IMG/VR virus record: IMGVR_UViG_2548876794_000003 | Location: 114,961 to 178,960 of that record | Source of the DNA: a virus | Taxonomy: Duplodnaviria > Caudoviricetes | Direction: 5' to 3' (one strand) | Length of the DNA: 64,000 bases | Shown: positions 40,520 through 50,023 of the stretch, one piece after another | Position numbering within the stretch: position 1 is the stretch's first letter | How the letters are laid out: each line of letters begins with the position of its first letter | Notes under the pieces: generated by a model | Databases searched by the model: none | The model's input: only the letters and a program-made list of their open reading frames with translations | What the model was told of the DNA's origin: nothing | Translations under genes and position numbers: made by a program

Positions 40520-43500
40520 ATGGATTTATCAACAATTGAACTGCCGCAAACAGAAAGTGAAGTTATTTTAAAAGCGATTGAGAATGCCGCCACTGCCATT
40601 GGCGTAAGAAACTTCATTCACTTACACTTACATACTACATATAGCTTCTTGGATGGATTTAACCGCCCAGAGGATTCAGCAAGGAAAGCAAAAGAGCTTG
40701 GTATGCCAGCAATGGCCATCACCGACCACAATCATTTATGTGGGGTACTCGACTTTAAAGAAGCTTGCGACAAGAAGGCATTAAGCCGATTCTTGGCTTC
40801 GAAGGTTACTGGACGCAAGATACAAACATTTTGAGCCTAACTGCCGATGAACGTACCGAGTATGCAATCAAGCAAGCTCGTGCAGATGGCGTCGATGTTC
40901 CAGAAAAAATCAATAACAAAAAGCCTACGAAGAGACAGCTCGAACCATTCATTAGAAATTATGAATACGACACAAGCCAATATCATATTATCTTCCTTGC
41001 GAAGAATCAAACAGGGTGGCACAACCTAGTGAAGCTTCAATCCGAAGCGGCTGACCACTGTACATATAATGGTCGTTTCCTATGCGACACAGAGATGATG
41101 CGCAAGTATTCAGAAGGCGTCATTTGCACAACAGCATGCGTACATAATATTGTCTGCGAATTATTCGCAAGCGGTAAAGACAATGAAGCAATCGCTATCT
41201 TAGAAGAGTGGGATAGCATTTATGGTGAAAACCTATACATAGAATTACAACCTAACAACTTTAAAAAACAGTGGGTAGCAAATATTAAATTAATCAACTG
41301 GGCTCGTGCAAACAATAAGCAATTCATCGTAACGAACGATGTTCATTACACAGAGCAATCAGATCACGATGACCACGATACATTACTTTGTATCGGTACT
41401 GGTAAGAAGAAAGCGGAAGATGCTCGTATGCATTACGACAATTCCTTCTGGGTCCGTTCATTCGATGAAATGCTTTACTATTTCTCTGAACAGATTTCTA
41501 TGATTGAAGCGACTGATTTTGCTGAAAAAGATTTATACGACCGAGATACATACATTCAAGCAATCGTTGAAGGCTTGAACAACACGAACGCTATTGCCGC
41601 TTCTGTAGAAGATGTGAAGCTGAATTCAGACAAACCGCTGTTTCCTAAGCTAGACATTCCGCATGGTTTAGATAGCGCAACTGTTCTAACATCACGTTGC
41701 TTCCAAAACCTATACAAGTACAAAGCGAAAAATCCTGAAATCAATCTGCGTATCTACGAGAAACGTTTAAGTGACGAACTAAGTATCATCAATCCAAAAG
41801 GCTATGCGCCCTATATGTTAGCTGTAGAAGAGTACATCACATGGGCAAACGAAAATGGCGTACCAACTGGACCAGGGCGTGGTTCTGCAGCGGGTAGCTT
41901 AACATTGTTCCTACTAGGTGTAACACGCGTAATTGATCCGATTAAAAATGGATTGCTGTTCTTCCGATTCCTTACTGCGGATCGTACATCGCCGCCCGAT
42001 GTAGATACCGATTTTGATTACGAAGGACGACCAAGAGTTATCGAACATTTAGAAGAAAAGTACGGTATTGACCACGTAGCGCATATCGGCACTTACTCAA
42101 CACTTGGCGTAAAGTCTGGTATTAAAGATGTTGCGCGTGTGCTTGATATTCCATTCGATGTTGTAAATGGCATCACGAAAGAGATTGGTGACATTCTCGA
42201 TATTCCAGATTTAGCATTTGAAAACCTCGACGAATTGAAAGAAAGCGATCCTAACGAATGGCAACGTTTCGATGCACTTGAAAAAGCGAATCCAGAAATC
42301 TTCCGACTTGCTCGCCGTTTCGAAGGCGTTGCTCGTGGGGTAGGGGTACATGCTTCTGGCGTATTAGTAACGCCCGAACCCGTCACTGATTTATTCCCAA
42401 CGCGTAAAGCAAAAGATGGTACGACTGTTACACTGTATACAGGCGTACAGCTTGAAGCACTGAACGCTATTAAGTTCGATATTCTAGGATTAAAAACAGT
42501 AACAGTTATTAAGAAGGCATTGAAAGCGATTGATGAAAACCTTACATTCGAAGATTTATATGAATGCATTGATATGAAGGATGAAAAAGCATTCAAGCTG
42601 CTCCGAGATAAAAAGACAAGCGGCACCTTCCAAATGGGTTCTAATCTGTTCAAAGGTTTGATTGACGATATTAAACCGTCTGAATTCAATGACCTTGTAG
42701 TCATTACATCTGTGGCTCGCCCAGGTCCTCTTAAAGCAGGAATGCATACGATGTATGCGAATGTTAAGAATGGCATCCAAAAAGCGAAAGAGCCGTTGCC
42801 TAATACATGGGACATCGTAGAGGATTCGCAAGGCGTCATTGCATACCAAGAACAGGTAATGCGTATTTCCCAACGTGTCGCTGACTTCAACGATAACCAA
42901 GCAGATAGTTACTTACGTAAAGCCATGGCAAAGAAGAAAATTGAAAAAATGAATATGTGTCGCCAATGGTTTATCTACGGTAAGCGTAATGAGCCAGCGC
43001 CAGCAGGTTATGACGAAAACAATCTGGACCAACCAATGTACGATCCAACTGGAAAGCATGGCACTGCGATTACTGGAGGTATTGCAAATGGGTATTCCGA
43101 AGCGGAGCTAAAACAATTCTGGAAGGACATTGAGGGGTACGCAACATATCTGTTCAATTTAAGCCACGCAGCTTGTTATTCATACATCACGATTTTAACA
43201 ATGTATTTGAAAGCATATTATCCAACAGAGTTCATGGCTGCGCTATTAACAATGGAAGATGATGAAGCGAAGAAATCTCGATATGTAGAAGAAGCGCAAG
43301 ACCTCGGATTAAAAGTTGTTGTGCCTAGCATTAATGAATCAGATTTCGATTTCAAAGCGATTGCTACGAAGAAAGAAATTATTTACGGCCTATGCTCTAT
43401 TAAAGGTGTCAGCAAAGCAAGTGCTGCGCCAATAATTGAAAACAGACCATACACTTCTATTGAAGATGCAGTGGAACGTGTTCCTAAGAAATCATTCAAC

Positions 43501-44001
43501 AAACGTGTAGGCATGGCGTTGATTAAATCGGGTGGCTTTGACAAGTTAGGTAAGAACCGAATTGACACAGTGAACCGTTTCCATATTATTCGCAAAGACA
43601 AAGATGACTTAGAGGAAGTTGATTCATACGATCGTTTAATTGCAATGGGCTACGAACGTGAAACACTGGGTATGTGCTTATCAGCTAAATCATATTTCTC
43701 TCGTCTAAAAGATAATGCAACTGTTAATAACACATTCGTAGTTGAAGCGTTAAACGTGCGCAACGATCGTAACGGTCGTGCGATGGCGCATATGACACTA
43801 TCTTGCGAAGGTGAAAAAATCAAAGCATTGATGTTCTCTTCAAGCTATAAAAAGCATAAGTTTTTAGAGAAAGGTCAAACATATATCATGAAGGGCAAGA
43901 AGAGCGAGAATTCGTTCATTGTTAATAATGCAGATATGCTAGACGGCTCGAAAGGCATTGATGTCGTGACTGCGTTCATGAATCAGCCCGTCAGCATCTA
44001 A
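40520..44001 (+). CDS. dnaE: DNA polymerase III alpha subunit (DnaE), interrupted by a -1 frame change at ~40772-40775
   Basis: PHP HLHLHTTYSFLDG and AITDH in the first ORF; GIKPILGFEGY, GRGSAAGS, PDVDTDF, HASG, KFDILGL, YQEQVM, FNLSHA and an OB fold in the second. Confidence 0.92.
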
Positions 44002-44011
44002 TATTTTTACT

Positions 44012-44040
44012 AAAGGGGTCGCACAAGTGGCTCCTTTTTT
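44012..44040 (+). terminator. Intrinsic terminator
   Basis: AAAGGGGTCGC...GTGGCTCCTTTTTT. Confidence 0.65.
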
Positions 44041-44193
44041 CATAGTAAGAATCACATAACAATAGTAAATACTATAGAGTTTACATATTTAACATAAAAG
44101 GAATTCTATTCATAAAAGTAAAAATGAAGTGTTCCCTAATTTACTAGAGTGGACAACGCGAAATAGGTCGCTATTTTTACAAACAAAAGGAGG

Positions 44194-44751
44194 ATGGGTA
44201 TGTTTCTTGTATGGTGTATTATCGTGATAATTGCTTGCTATGTCATCATGGCGATATGGGATTCTGGCGAGAAAAAAAGCATGGAGAATAAAGGCTATTC
44301 TGCGCAACTGTTAGATGTTTTACATGTTGGTGGCATACCAAATTTAGCGCCTGGTGAATTTACAAAGTTACGTGTATCAGATAGGCGCTTAGAAATTGGT
44401 GAGAAGAATAGTTTTCCTTTAAGACAGATAAAAAGAGCAGAGCACATGAAGAACAATGAGCTGCGAGAAAAACAAAAATCTGTAATCGGGCGAGCAGTTG
44501 CGGGTGGTTTACTCTTAGGTCCTGTAGCTGCAATTATCGGCGGACTTTCTGGAGTTGGAACGAAGAAAGTAGAAGCAGACGAACAGATCATTTCAATAGA
44601 TTTTATAGGTCATGACGGTGAAGAAAGAACAGCCGTATTTATCGACCGAAACAAATCGGGAATCGGAATGTCATATAAAGAATTTGTTTCAGAGCTTAAC
44701 AAAAAAATCAGTCATACAGCAGTAGCGACGAATGACTCTCAAAAAATCTAG
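44194..44751 (+). CDS. Membrane protein with an N-terminal TM and Gly-zipper (prophage moron type)
   Basis: FLVWCIIVIIACYVIMAIW; RAVAGGLLLGPVAAIIGGLSG. Confidence 0.65.
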   Translation: MGMFLVWCIIVIIACYVIMAIWDSGEKKSMENKGYSAQLLDVLHVGGIPNLAPGEFTKLRVSDRRLEIGEKNSFPLRQIKRAEHMKNNELREKQKSVIGRAVAGGLLLGPVAAIIGGLSGVGTKKVEADEQIISIDFIGHDGEERTAVFIDRNKSGIGMSYKEFVSELNKKISHTAVATNDSQKI

Positions 44752-44760
44752 TCCGACAAG

Positions 44761-44784
44761 AGACCGCATAAGCGGTCTTTTTTT
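44761..44784 (+). terminator. Intrinsic terminator directly followed by the CGTACTAAT motif
   Basis: AGACCGCataaGCGGTCTTTTTTT. Confidence 0.75.
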
Positions 44785-44812
44785 GCGTACTAATATTCTG
44801 GAGGTGCATGCG

Positions 44813-45421
44813 ATGAAGATGGATTATGTAGACATCACACCTGTTTCTGTTCAAAGGCCCAACGGTGCATACGATTCGTTCGGGCATGGTGTAATCATAG
44901 GTCGTAATACATACATGAATAATAATATATACGGTGCGCTATTCGACACGCTTATGACGACACGAGCTGTTTCTCCAGACATCGGTTCAATGGCTGGCGG
45001 TTACGCACAGCTTGGTATTGTTTTTCCTTCTGCAAAGCGGATAAATAAACTACGCTACCACACAACAGGGTATGGCTACCCCAAAAACTTCGTCATCGAA
45101 GCTTATGCTTCTGGTGGCGGATGGATAACACTGTACAGTGGGTATAACACTGTGAATTATAAGAGTTCATTCGACGTCGTGTTTGAGAACACATCCAAAT
45201 ACACACACTATCGTCTACGAGCAACAACAGCTTGGAACAACGCCAATCGAATTGAATCGTATGAGATGCGATGGTTTGAAGGTATTCCAGCTAAGTTTGT
45301 TTGCTATGGCGAGTTGGGCAGCTTAAAGCAGACAGATTCGAAGTTTGCTTCTATAAAGAAAACAGTGGTATCACATGAGAAGACACAACGCAAAATGAAT
45401 ACACGAAACATAATTATATAA
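44813..45421 (+). CDS. Discoidin (F5/8 type C)-like domain protein, putative virion adhesin module
   Basis: YPKNFVIEAY...WITL...YTHYRLRAT...IESYEMRW pattern; start after GGAGG. Confidence 0.6.
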   Translation: MKMDYVDITPVSVQRPNGAYDSFGHGVIIGRNTYMNNNIYGALFDTLMTTRAVSPDIGSMAGGYAQLGIVFPSAKRINKLRYHTTGYGYPKNFVIEAYASGGGWITLYSGYNTVNYKSSFDVVFENTSKYTHYRLRATTAWNNANRIESYEMRWFEGIPAKFVCYGELGSLKQTDSKFASIKKTVVSHEKTQRKMNTRNIII

Positions 45422-45431
45422 GAGGTGATAC

Positions 45432-45725
45432 GTGATGGCAGAGCTATCGAGAGTAAACTATCGAAAAATCAATAAGGATTATTTTGATAAAGAAAGTGTG
45501 CATGGAAAATTACGAATGGTTGCACTAGATGCGGATGGTGCTGTAAAGGGCATACACGATGCGGTAGATTACAATAAGTGGGTTGATGGTACACATGTGG
45601 ATTGGGCTGCCTATGAAGCAAACGGATGGAACTGCATGGTACAGATTCCTAAGTTCTATTACAAAGTAGAGGAAGGTTCTTATAAGGATTTTAATGAAGT
45701 TACAAGACTATCTATTTCCGAATGA
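45432..45725 (+). pseudogene. Truncated paralog of the N-terminal ~97 aa of 46866..48044
   Basis: Collinear similarity (RVNY, RMVALD/KRVALD, NKWxDGTxVxW, NGWNCMVQIPKFYY, VTRxxISE), then a stop. Confidence 0.7.
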
Positions 45726-45865
45726 CAGCAGTCGGATTAGAGCGTGTTGTCATAGAGAACGGAACTTATAAAAAAGGCACGAGCGTTATAGCAGCTAATG
45801 GAACTACTTCACACAATGCGGCCGGCATCGAATTAAAAAAAGGTGTTATACGTATCAATATCTAA
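45722..45865 (+). pseudogene. 47-codon remnant resembling the C-terminal tail of the adhesin-module family
   Basis: MTAVGLERVVIENGTYKKG...ELKKGVIRINI; ATGA overlap with the truncated gene. Confidence 0.4.
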
Positions 45866-45952
45866 AGAATTTTTTTACAACGAGTAGATGCGCAAAAGCT
45901 ATAGGTACTATATATAGTGAACACAATAATGTTAAAAGGAGGTCATGTTTAC

Positions 45953-46180
45953 ATGGCAGAATTAAAACAAGGTGTCGTCGATTGGTTTAATCCAAAGCAA
46001 GGTTTCGGTTTTATCAAAACGAACATCGCAAATGCAGATGGTTTAGAAGAAGAAACAAAAATTTTTGTAGCGAAGAAAAACGTAACAAATGGATTAGAGC
46101 TTAAAGAAGGTACAGCTGTACAATTTGCTTTACTCGACTCTAGTCGTGGATTCCAAGCAACAGAAGTTGCAGGCATCTAA
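45953..46180 (+). CDS. csp: Cold-shock domain protein
   Basis: GVVDWFNPKQGFGFI (RNP-1), IFVA (altered RNP-2), LKEGTAVQF, GFQATEV; AAAGGAGG RBS. Confidence 0.88.
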   Translation: MAELKQGVVDWFNPKQGFGFIKTNIANADGLEEETKIFVAKKNVTNGLELKEGTAVQFALLDSSRGFQATEVAGI

Positions 46181-46187
46181 AACAAGT

Positions 46188-46206
46188 AGGCCCTTCGGGG
46201 CTTTTT
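46188..46206 (+). terminator. Intrinsic terminator (cUUCGg loop)
   Basis: GCCCTTCGGGGCTTTTT. Confidence 0.75.
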
Positions 46207-46264
46207 ATTTTGAATTAATATTCCTTCAAAAATGCGTACTGTATATATGAGAGGAGGTATGCTC

Positions 46265-46855
46265 ATGGTTTATTTAAGAGCCACCGCTTTAAAAAATGGC
46301 GGAGTTGGCTTTTTTCTGGAGATGCACTTTTATACAAAACAAGGCGCTGAAATACGAATGGACCGTTCATGCGTAGTTAGTACGAATTTGAATGCCAGGG
46401 ATAGTGACACATCTTATGATGCCATGTTCGGATATGTTCATAACGGTGGCCTTGCTCCATATTATAGTGGATCTAGTAAGGGCTACATTACGATGAAAAT
46501 TCCGAAAGACATTTGGCGAATGACCTTTGTAGTATGGAGTAACACCACGTATGGTAAAGATTTCTTGCTAGAAATATCGCAGAACGGAACAACGTACCAA
46601 ACCTTATCTAGTGTGGTGAAAAACGGCTACAGACAAAGTTACAGTTTTGATATTGGACGCTTGTTTAAAAGAGCCTTAATCATCCATTCAGATGATAGAA
46701 ATTATTTTTTAAATAGCGGAGAAATGATTCCGCTGACAACGGGTAACTTCAAAGAAACCTCGCATGACGACGAAATTTTAGAGCGAATTGTTTTACACTC
46801 TGCAACAATGAAGGACGTTAAGAACCGCCTACGCAGAATTAAAATTAAAAAATAG
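46265..46855 (+). CDS. Discoidin/galactose-binding-like adhesin module
   Basis: YGKDFLLEISQNGTTYQTL motif; CGTACT motif and GAGGAGG RBS upstream. Confidence 0.5.
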   Translation: MVYLRATALKNGGVGFFLEMHFYTKQGAEIRMDRSCVVSTNLNARDSDTSYDAMFGYVHNGGLAPYYSGSSKGYITMKIPKDIWRMTFVVWSNTTYGKDFLLEISQNGTTYQTLSSVVKNGYRQSYSFDIGRLFKRALIIHSDDRNYFLNSGEMIPLTTGNFKETSHDDEILERIVLHSATMKDVKNRLRRIKIKK

Positions 46856-46865
46856 GAGGGCGCTT

Positions 46866-48044
46866 ATGCCACAATTACCACGAGTAAATTACACAACAAA
46901 AACAAAGGAATTCTTCGATGAAGAAATGCCACAAGGCAAGATGAAGAGGGTTGCACTCGACATGAATGGGCAAGTACAAGGTGTTCACGATAAAGATGAT
47001 ACAAATAAATGGGCAGATGGTACGCCTGTGAATTGGTCCAATTACTTAAACAACGGTTGGAACTGCATGGTTCAAATTCCGAAATTCTATTATCGAGCTG
47101 CAGAAGGAGAATATGGCGTGTCTGAAAATGTGACGCGTATTGAAATCTCGGAAACACCAGTGGACGGTTTCTCTATTCACCCCGCTTTTGTTCGTAACGA
47201 TAAAGAGCAGGCCTATCAATATGTCGGCGCATTCGCTTCTAGCCTAATCGGTGGAAAGTATCGTAGCTTGCCAAGTAAAGCTGTCGCTTATCATAATACG
47301 TTGTACACAATTAAAGATGATGGGTGGAAATCAATCAATACTATGTGTAGCGCGAATGGCTACGGCTACCGCATGATGGATGTCTTTCACGTAGGAATGC
47401 TTCAATGCTTAATGTCTGTTGAATTCGGTGATGTGAATGCATTTAAAAAATTTGGCGGTGTTTCGACAGGGGGGTTGCGCACTTCAAGTGGGCTAGGTAG
47501 CAATGGCCATGATAATTATTCAAAGGCAACGGATTCTTCCTATATCGACTATAGAGGCATCGAATCTGTAATCGGTCGATCGGGTACAACGATTGGTGGA
47601 ATGCATGTAAGCGGAACATACTACGTTTACATAACAGGAAACAAAGATACGCCAAACTTAGAACTTGGCTATTCATCTCCTATGGCTAATAACAAACTGG
47701 CCATTCCTGCGCAGGGAGTGAGTAATTATTACTGTTACTATGACCAAAATAAATCTTATAGATTGACGCAGGTTGGTAGAACAGGCGTTTTCGTTCCTAC
47801 GACGACGAGTAACTCAACTATAACTAGATCAGATTTATATACGAGTAGTGTTGCTGCAGATGACGTCATCACAATGGGAAGAATCGGCCCGGGATGTATA
47901 CAACCAAATTTAACGGAGAATAAAAACTGCTATTGGGGTGGTAGCGTAACTTCGAACGTAAGTATGTTTAAGTTTTCTTCTGGCAATACTTATACCGGAA
48001 GTTATTTACATTCTTGCGTGAGACTGTGCCATATCTATGAATAA
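46866..48044 (+). CDS. Tail fibre / receptor-binding protein, Mtd / C-type-lectin (FGE-like) fold
   Basis: MVQIPKFYY, GFSIHPAF, YVGAF, YRGIE and C-terminal WGGS...SCVRLC motifs typical of phage CLec-fold fibre proteins. Confidence 0.6.
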   Translation: MPQLPRVNYTTKTKEFFDEEMPQGKMKRVALDMNGQVQGVHDKDDTNKWADGTPVNWSNYLNNGWNCMVQIPKFYYRAAEGEYGVSENVTRIEISETPVDGFSIHPAFVRNDKEQAYQYVGAFASSLIGGKYRSLPSKAVAYHNTLYTIKDDGWKSINTMCSANGYGYRMMDVFHVGMLQCLMSVEFGDVNAFKKFGGVSTGGLRTSSGLGSNGHDNYSKATDSSYIDYRGIESVIGRSGTTIGGMHVSGTYYVYITGNKDTPNLELGYSSPMANNKLAIPAQGVSNYYCYYDQNKSYRLTQVGRTGVFVPTTTSNSTITRSDLYTSSVAADDVITMGRIGPGCIQPNLTENKNCYWGGSVTSNVSMFKFSSGNTYTGSYLHSCVRLCHIYE

Positions 48045-48058
48045 AACGAGGTGATTAA

Positions 48059-48493
48059 ATGATCTGTGGAATCGACTTTCATACCCTCATTGATTTATCA
48101 GTACGAGTTGAAAGTTTAGCGTTAGCAAGTAACGAAGTGCATTTAGCAACAAAAGGCAAGGCTGGTATGCAGTATGAAGCATCGAACGATGACTCTTATC
48201 TTGTCACAGAAGCTACAGTGTTTCAAAACGAACTATCGCCTACGAGAGAAGGCGTGTCTGGGACAGAATATGATGAAGACCGCGATGTATGCTCCTACAT
48301 TTCACCTCGTCAACCTTTGTTTTTGAAACTAGAAAATAGCTATGTAAAGCTGACTACTTCTGGTTACGTAAAGATTACAGAGGAAAACTACAAGTCTGTC
48401 GCTGGATTTTCTTCTGTTCCGCTGGCCATAAATTTAGAAACGCATGAAAAGACAAATAAAACGAACGGCACGATTTCTGTAAAAGCCAATTAA
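48059..48493 (+). CDS. Hypothetical adhesin-module family protein
   Basis: GAGGTG RBS; C-terminal LFLKLENSYVK...ISVK tail like its neighbours. Confidence 0.45.
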   Translation: MICGIDFHTLIDLSVRVESLALASNEVHLATKGKAGMQYEASNDDSYLVTEATVFQNELSPTREGVSGTEYDEDRDVCSYISPRQPLFLKLENSYVKLTTSGYVKITEENYKSVAGFSSVPLAINLETHEKTNKTNGTISVKAN

Positions 48494-48545
48494 TCATGTT
48501 ATAGGTCTAGCCTATCTAGGTACTAATATTGTCGGAGGTGATTGT

Positions 48546-49115
48546 ATGGCAATCTATAATGTTCGTGGTGAAGAAACGAAATTAAATAACTATGCTTTAG
48601 GCGATGCCGAAATTGGTTTAACGACTGATACGGATAAACTTTATGTAGGTACTGGAACAAACGGTACTCCAGTAGAAGGCATGGCTACTCCTCGTTTACG
48701 CATCGTTGATGAACGTGACTTAAAAGAAGTAGAAAAGAAAATTGCTGCAGAAGCATCAAATAGCCATGATCGACGGGTACTATTTATTTGCCCAGGTAAC
48801 GTAGAGGTTGGTGTGCAAGATGCGATGGTGAAATTTCCTTTCGAAGGCACTTACCAGTCCATCGAAGGCTTCTTATCTGAGAAGCCAAATGCTGACGTTC
48901 AACTCGTTATTGAACGTTCGAGTGATTTAGAATCATGGACAAGCATTACGGAAAGTCCAATCGCTATTAAAGCTAACGCCCATGTCACTGGCGACGCTAT
49001 TGTCTTTGCACAGGACGGCACTATCGAAATCGGCACATACTTACGTGTACGGTATTTGAGCAAAACGACTGTTGGTAAAAACTTATCTATCAGTCTAGCA
49101 ATTAAAACAAAATAA
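48546..49115 (+). CDS. Tail fibre protein with an Mtd-N / hyaluronidase-N-like attachment motif
   Basis: LGDAEIGLTTDTDKLYVGTG. Confidence 0.55.
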   Translation: MAIYNVRGEETKLNNYALGDAEIGLTTDTDKLYVGTGTNGTPVEGMATPRLRIVDERDLKEVEKKIAAEASNSHDRRVLFICPGNVEVGVQDAMVKFPFEGTYQSIEGFLSEKPNADVQLVIERSSDLESWTSITESPIAIKANAHVTGDAIVFAQDGTIEIGTYLRVRYLSKTTVGKNLSISLAIKTK

Positions 49116-49140
49116 TACATAAGAAAGCAGGGATTTTATT

Positions 49141-49887
49141 ATGGCAGAACCAATCGTATCGTGGTACTTAGAAGAAAATAAAGCGGCTAACGAAATCACA
49201 GGTACAGTAAACTACGGAACAGTGGATGCTGATACTCAATCAGCTACAAAAACAATGTTCATCTGGAACAACCGCGCTGGTGCAACAGACGTTGCAAAAA
49301 TGCAAAACGTTCAGTATACAACTCGTGACCGTAAAGGTGGCTTAGGTGATACTGTAGGTTCAGTAGTTGAAGCAGTTAAGAATAACTGGTTTAACGTACG
49401 TGTGGACACATTAGATGAAGTAGACTTTAAACCGGTCGGCAAAGGTGGCGCTGGTACTGCTAACGTAAGCGGTGTCGCTGTGCTGGGCACAAAAGGTGTC
49501 ACAAAAAACCCTAAAGCTGCAAAAGCTGTAGCTTGGGCTGCTTCAACAGAACTATCTGTTGGCGCAATTATTGCACCAAAAACAGAGAACGGCTTCGTTT
49601 ACGAAGTTAAAACAGCTGGTACTACTGGTACTGACGCTCCTACGTTCGTTACAGTTGAAGATCAAGAAGTAGCTGACGGTACTGTAGTGTTTGTTGCATT
49701 AGCAAAAGAACACAAACCAGGTGAAGGTGAAATCCTTGGCGCTGCGAACGCTGCTGCTGCAGACGGTTCAAACGTTGCAGATGCAGCTGGTAACTTCGCA
49801 AAAGTTTCAGTATATGTTGACGTTCCAGTCGACGCATCGGCAGGTAAAAACTTACTTATCCAACGCGTGTTCTATCAATACGTGTAG
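49141..49887 (+). CDS. Probably abundant virion protein with an inserted CBM5/12-like module
   Basis: Strong high-expression codon bias (GGT/GCT/CGT/AAC); AWAASTELSVGAII...YEVKTAGTTGTDAPTF; IWNNRAG motif. Confidence 0.55.
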   Translation: MAEPIVSWYLEENKAANEITGTVNYGTVDADTQSATKTMFIWNNRAGATDVAKMQNVQYTTRDRKGGLGDTVGSVVEAVKNNWFNVRVDTLDEVDFKPVGKGGAGTANVSGVAVLGTKGVTKNPKAAKAVAWAASTELSVGAIIAPKTENGFVYEVKTAGTTGTDAPTFVTVEDQEVADGTVVFVALAKEHKPGEGEILGAANAAAADGSNVADAAGNFAKVSVYVDVPVDASAGKNLLIQRVFYQYV

Positions 49888-49908
49888 TAGGTACGCTACT
49901 ATTAAAGA

Positions 49909-49936
49909 GGGCATGCGCACAGCGCATGTCTTTTTT
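49909..49936 (+). terminator. Intrinsic terminator
   Basis: GGGCATGCGCacaGCGCATGTCTTTTTT. Confidence 0.75.
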
Positions 49937-49943
49937 GTTTAAA

Positions 49944-50008
49944 GTATGCAAGCATACATGTATAATCATATGCGAATATACTATGTTATATGTATGCAAG
50001 CATACATG
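49944..50008. repeat. Palindromic sites GTATGC-AA-GCATAC with a 24-bp period
   Basis: GTATGCAAGCATACATG at 49944 and 49992, degenerate copy ATATGCGAATATAC at 49968. Confidence 0.75.
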
Positions 50009-50023
50009 AAAAGAGGTGTTAGA

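Noticed and set aside
42093-42890. 265-aa minus-strand ORF and the other antisense ORFs inside long genes
   Set aside because: Shadows of codon-biased + strand genes, with no RBS or recognisable motifs
40765-44001. Intein in DnaE
   Set aside because: Length is normal, and no C...HN splice motifs or homing-endonuclease blocks were seen; only short loop insertions
49946-50023. N-terminal MQAYM...MQAYM peptide repeat
   Set aside because: It is just the translation of the palindromic DNA repeats; the RBS supports a start at 50024
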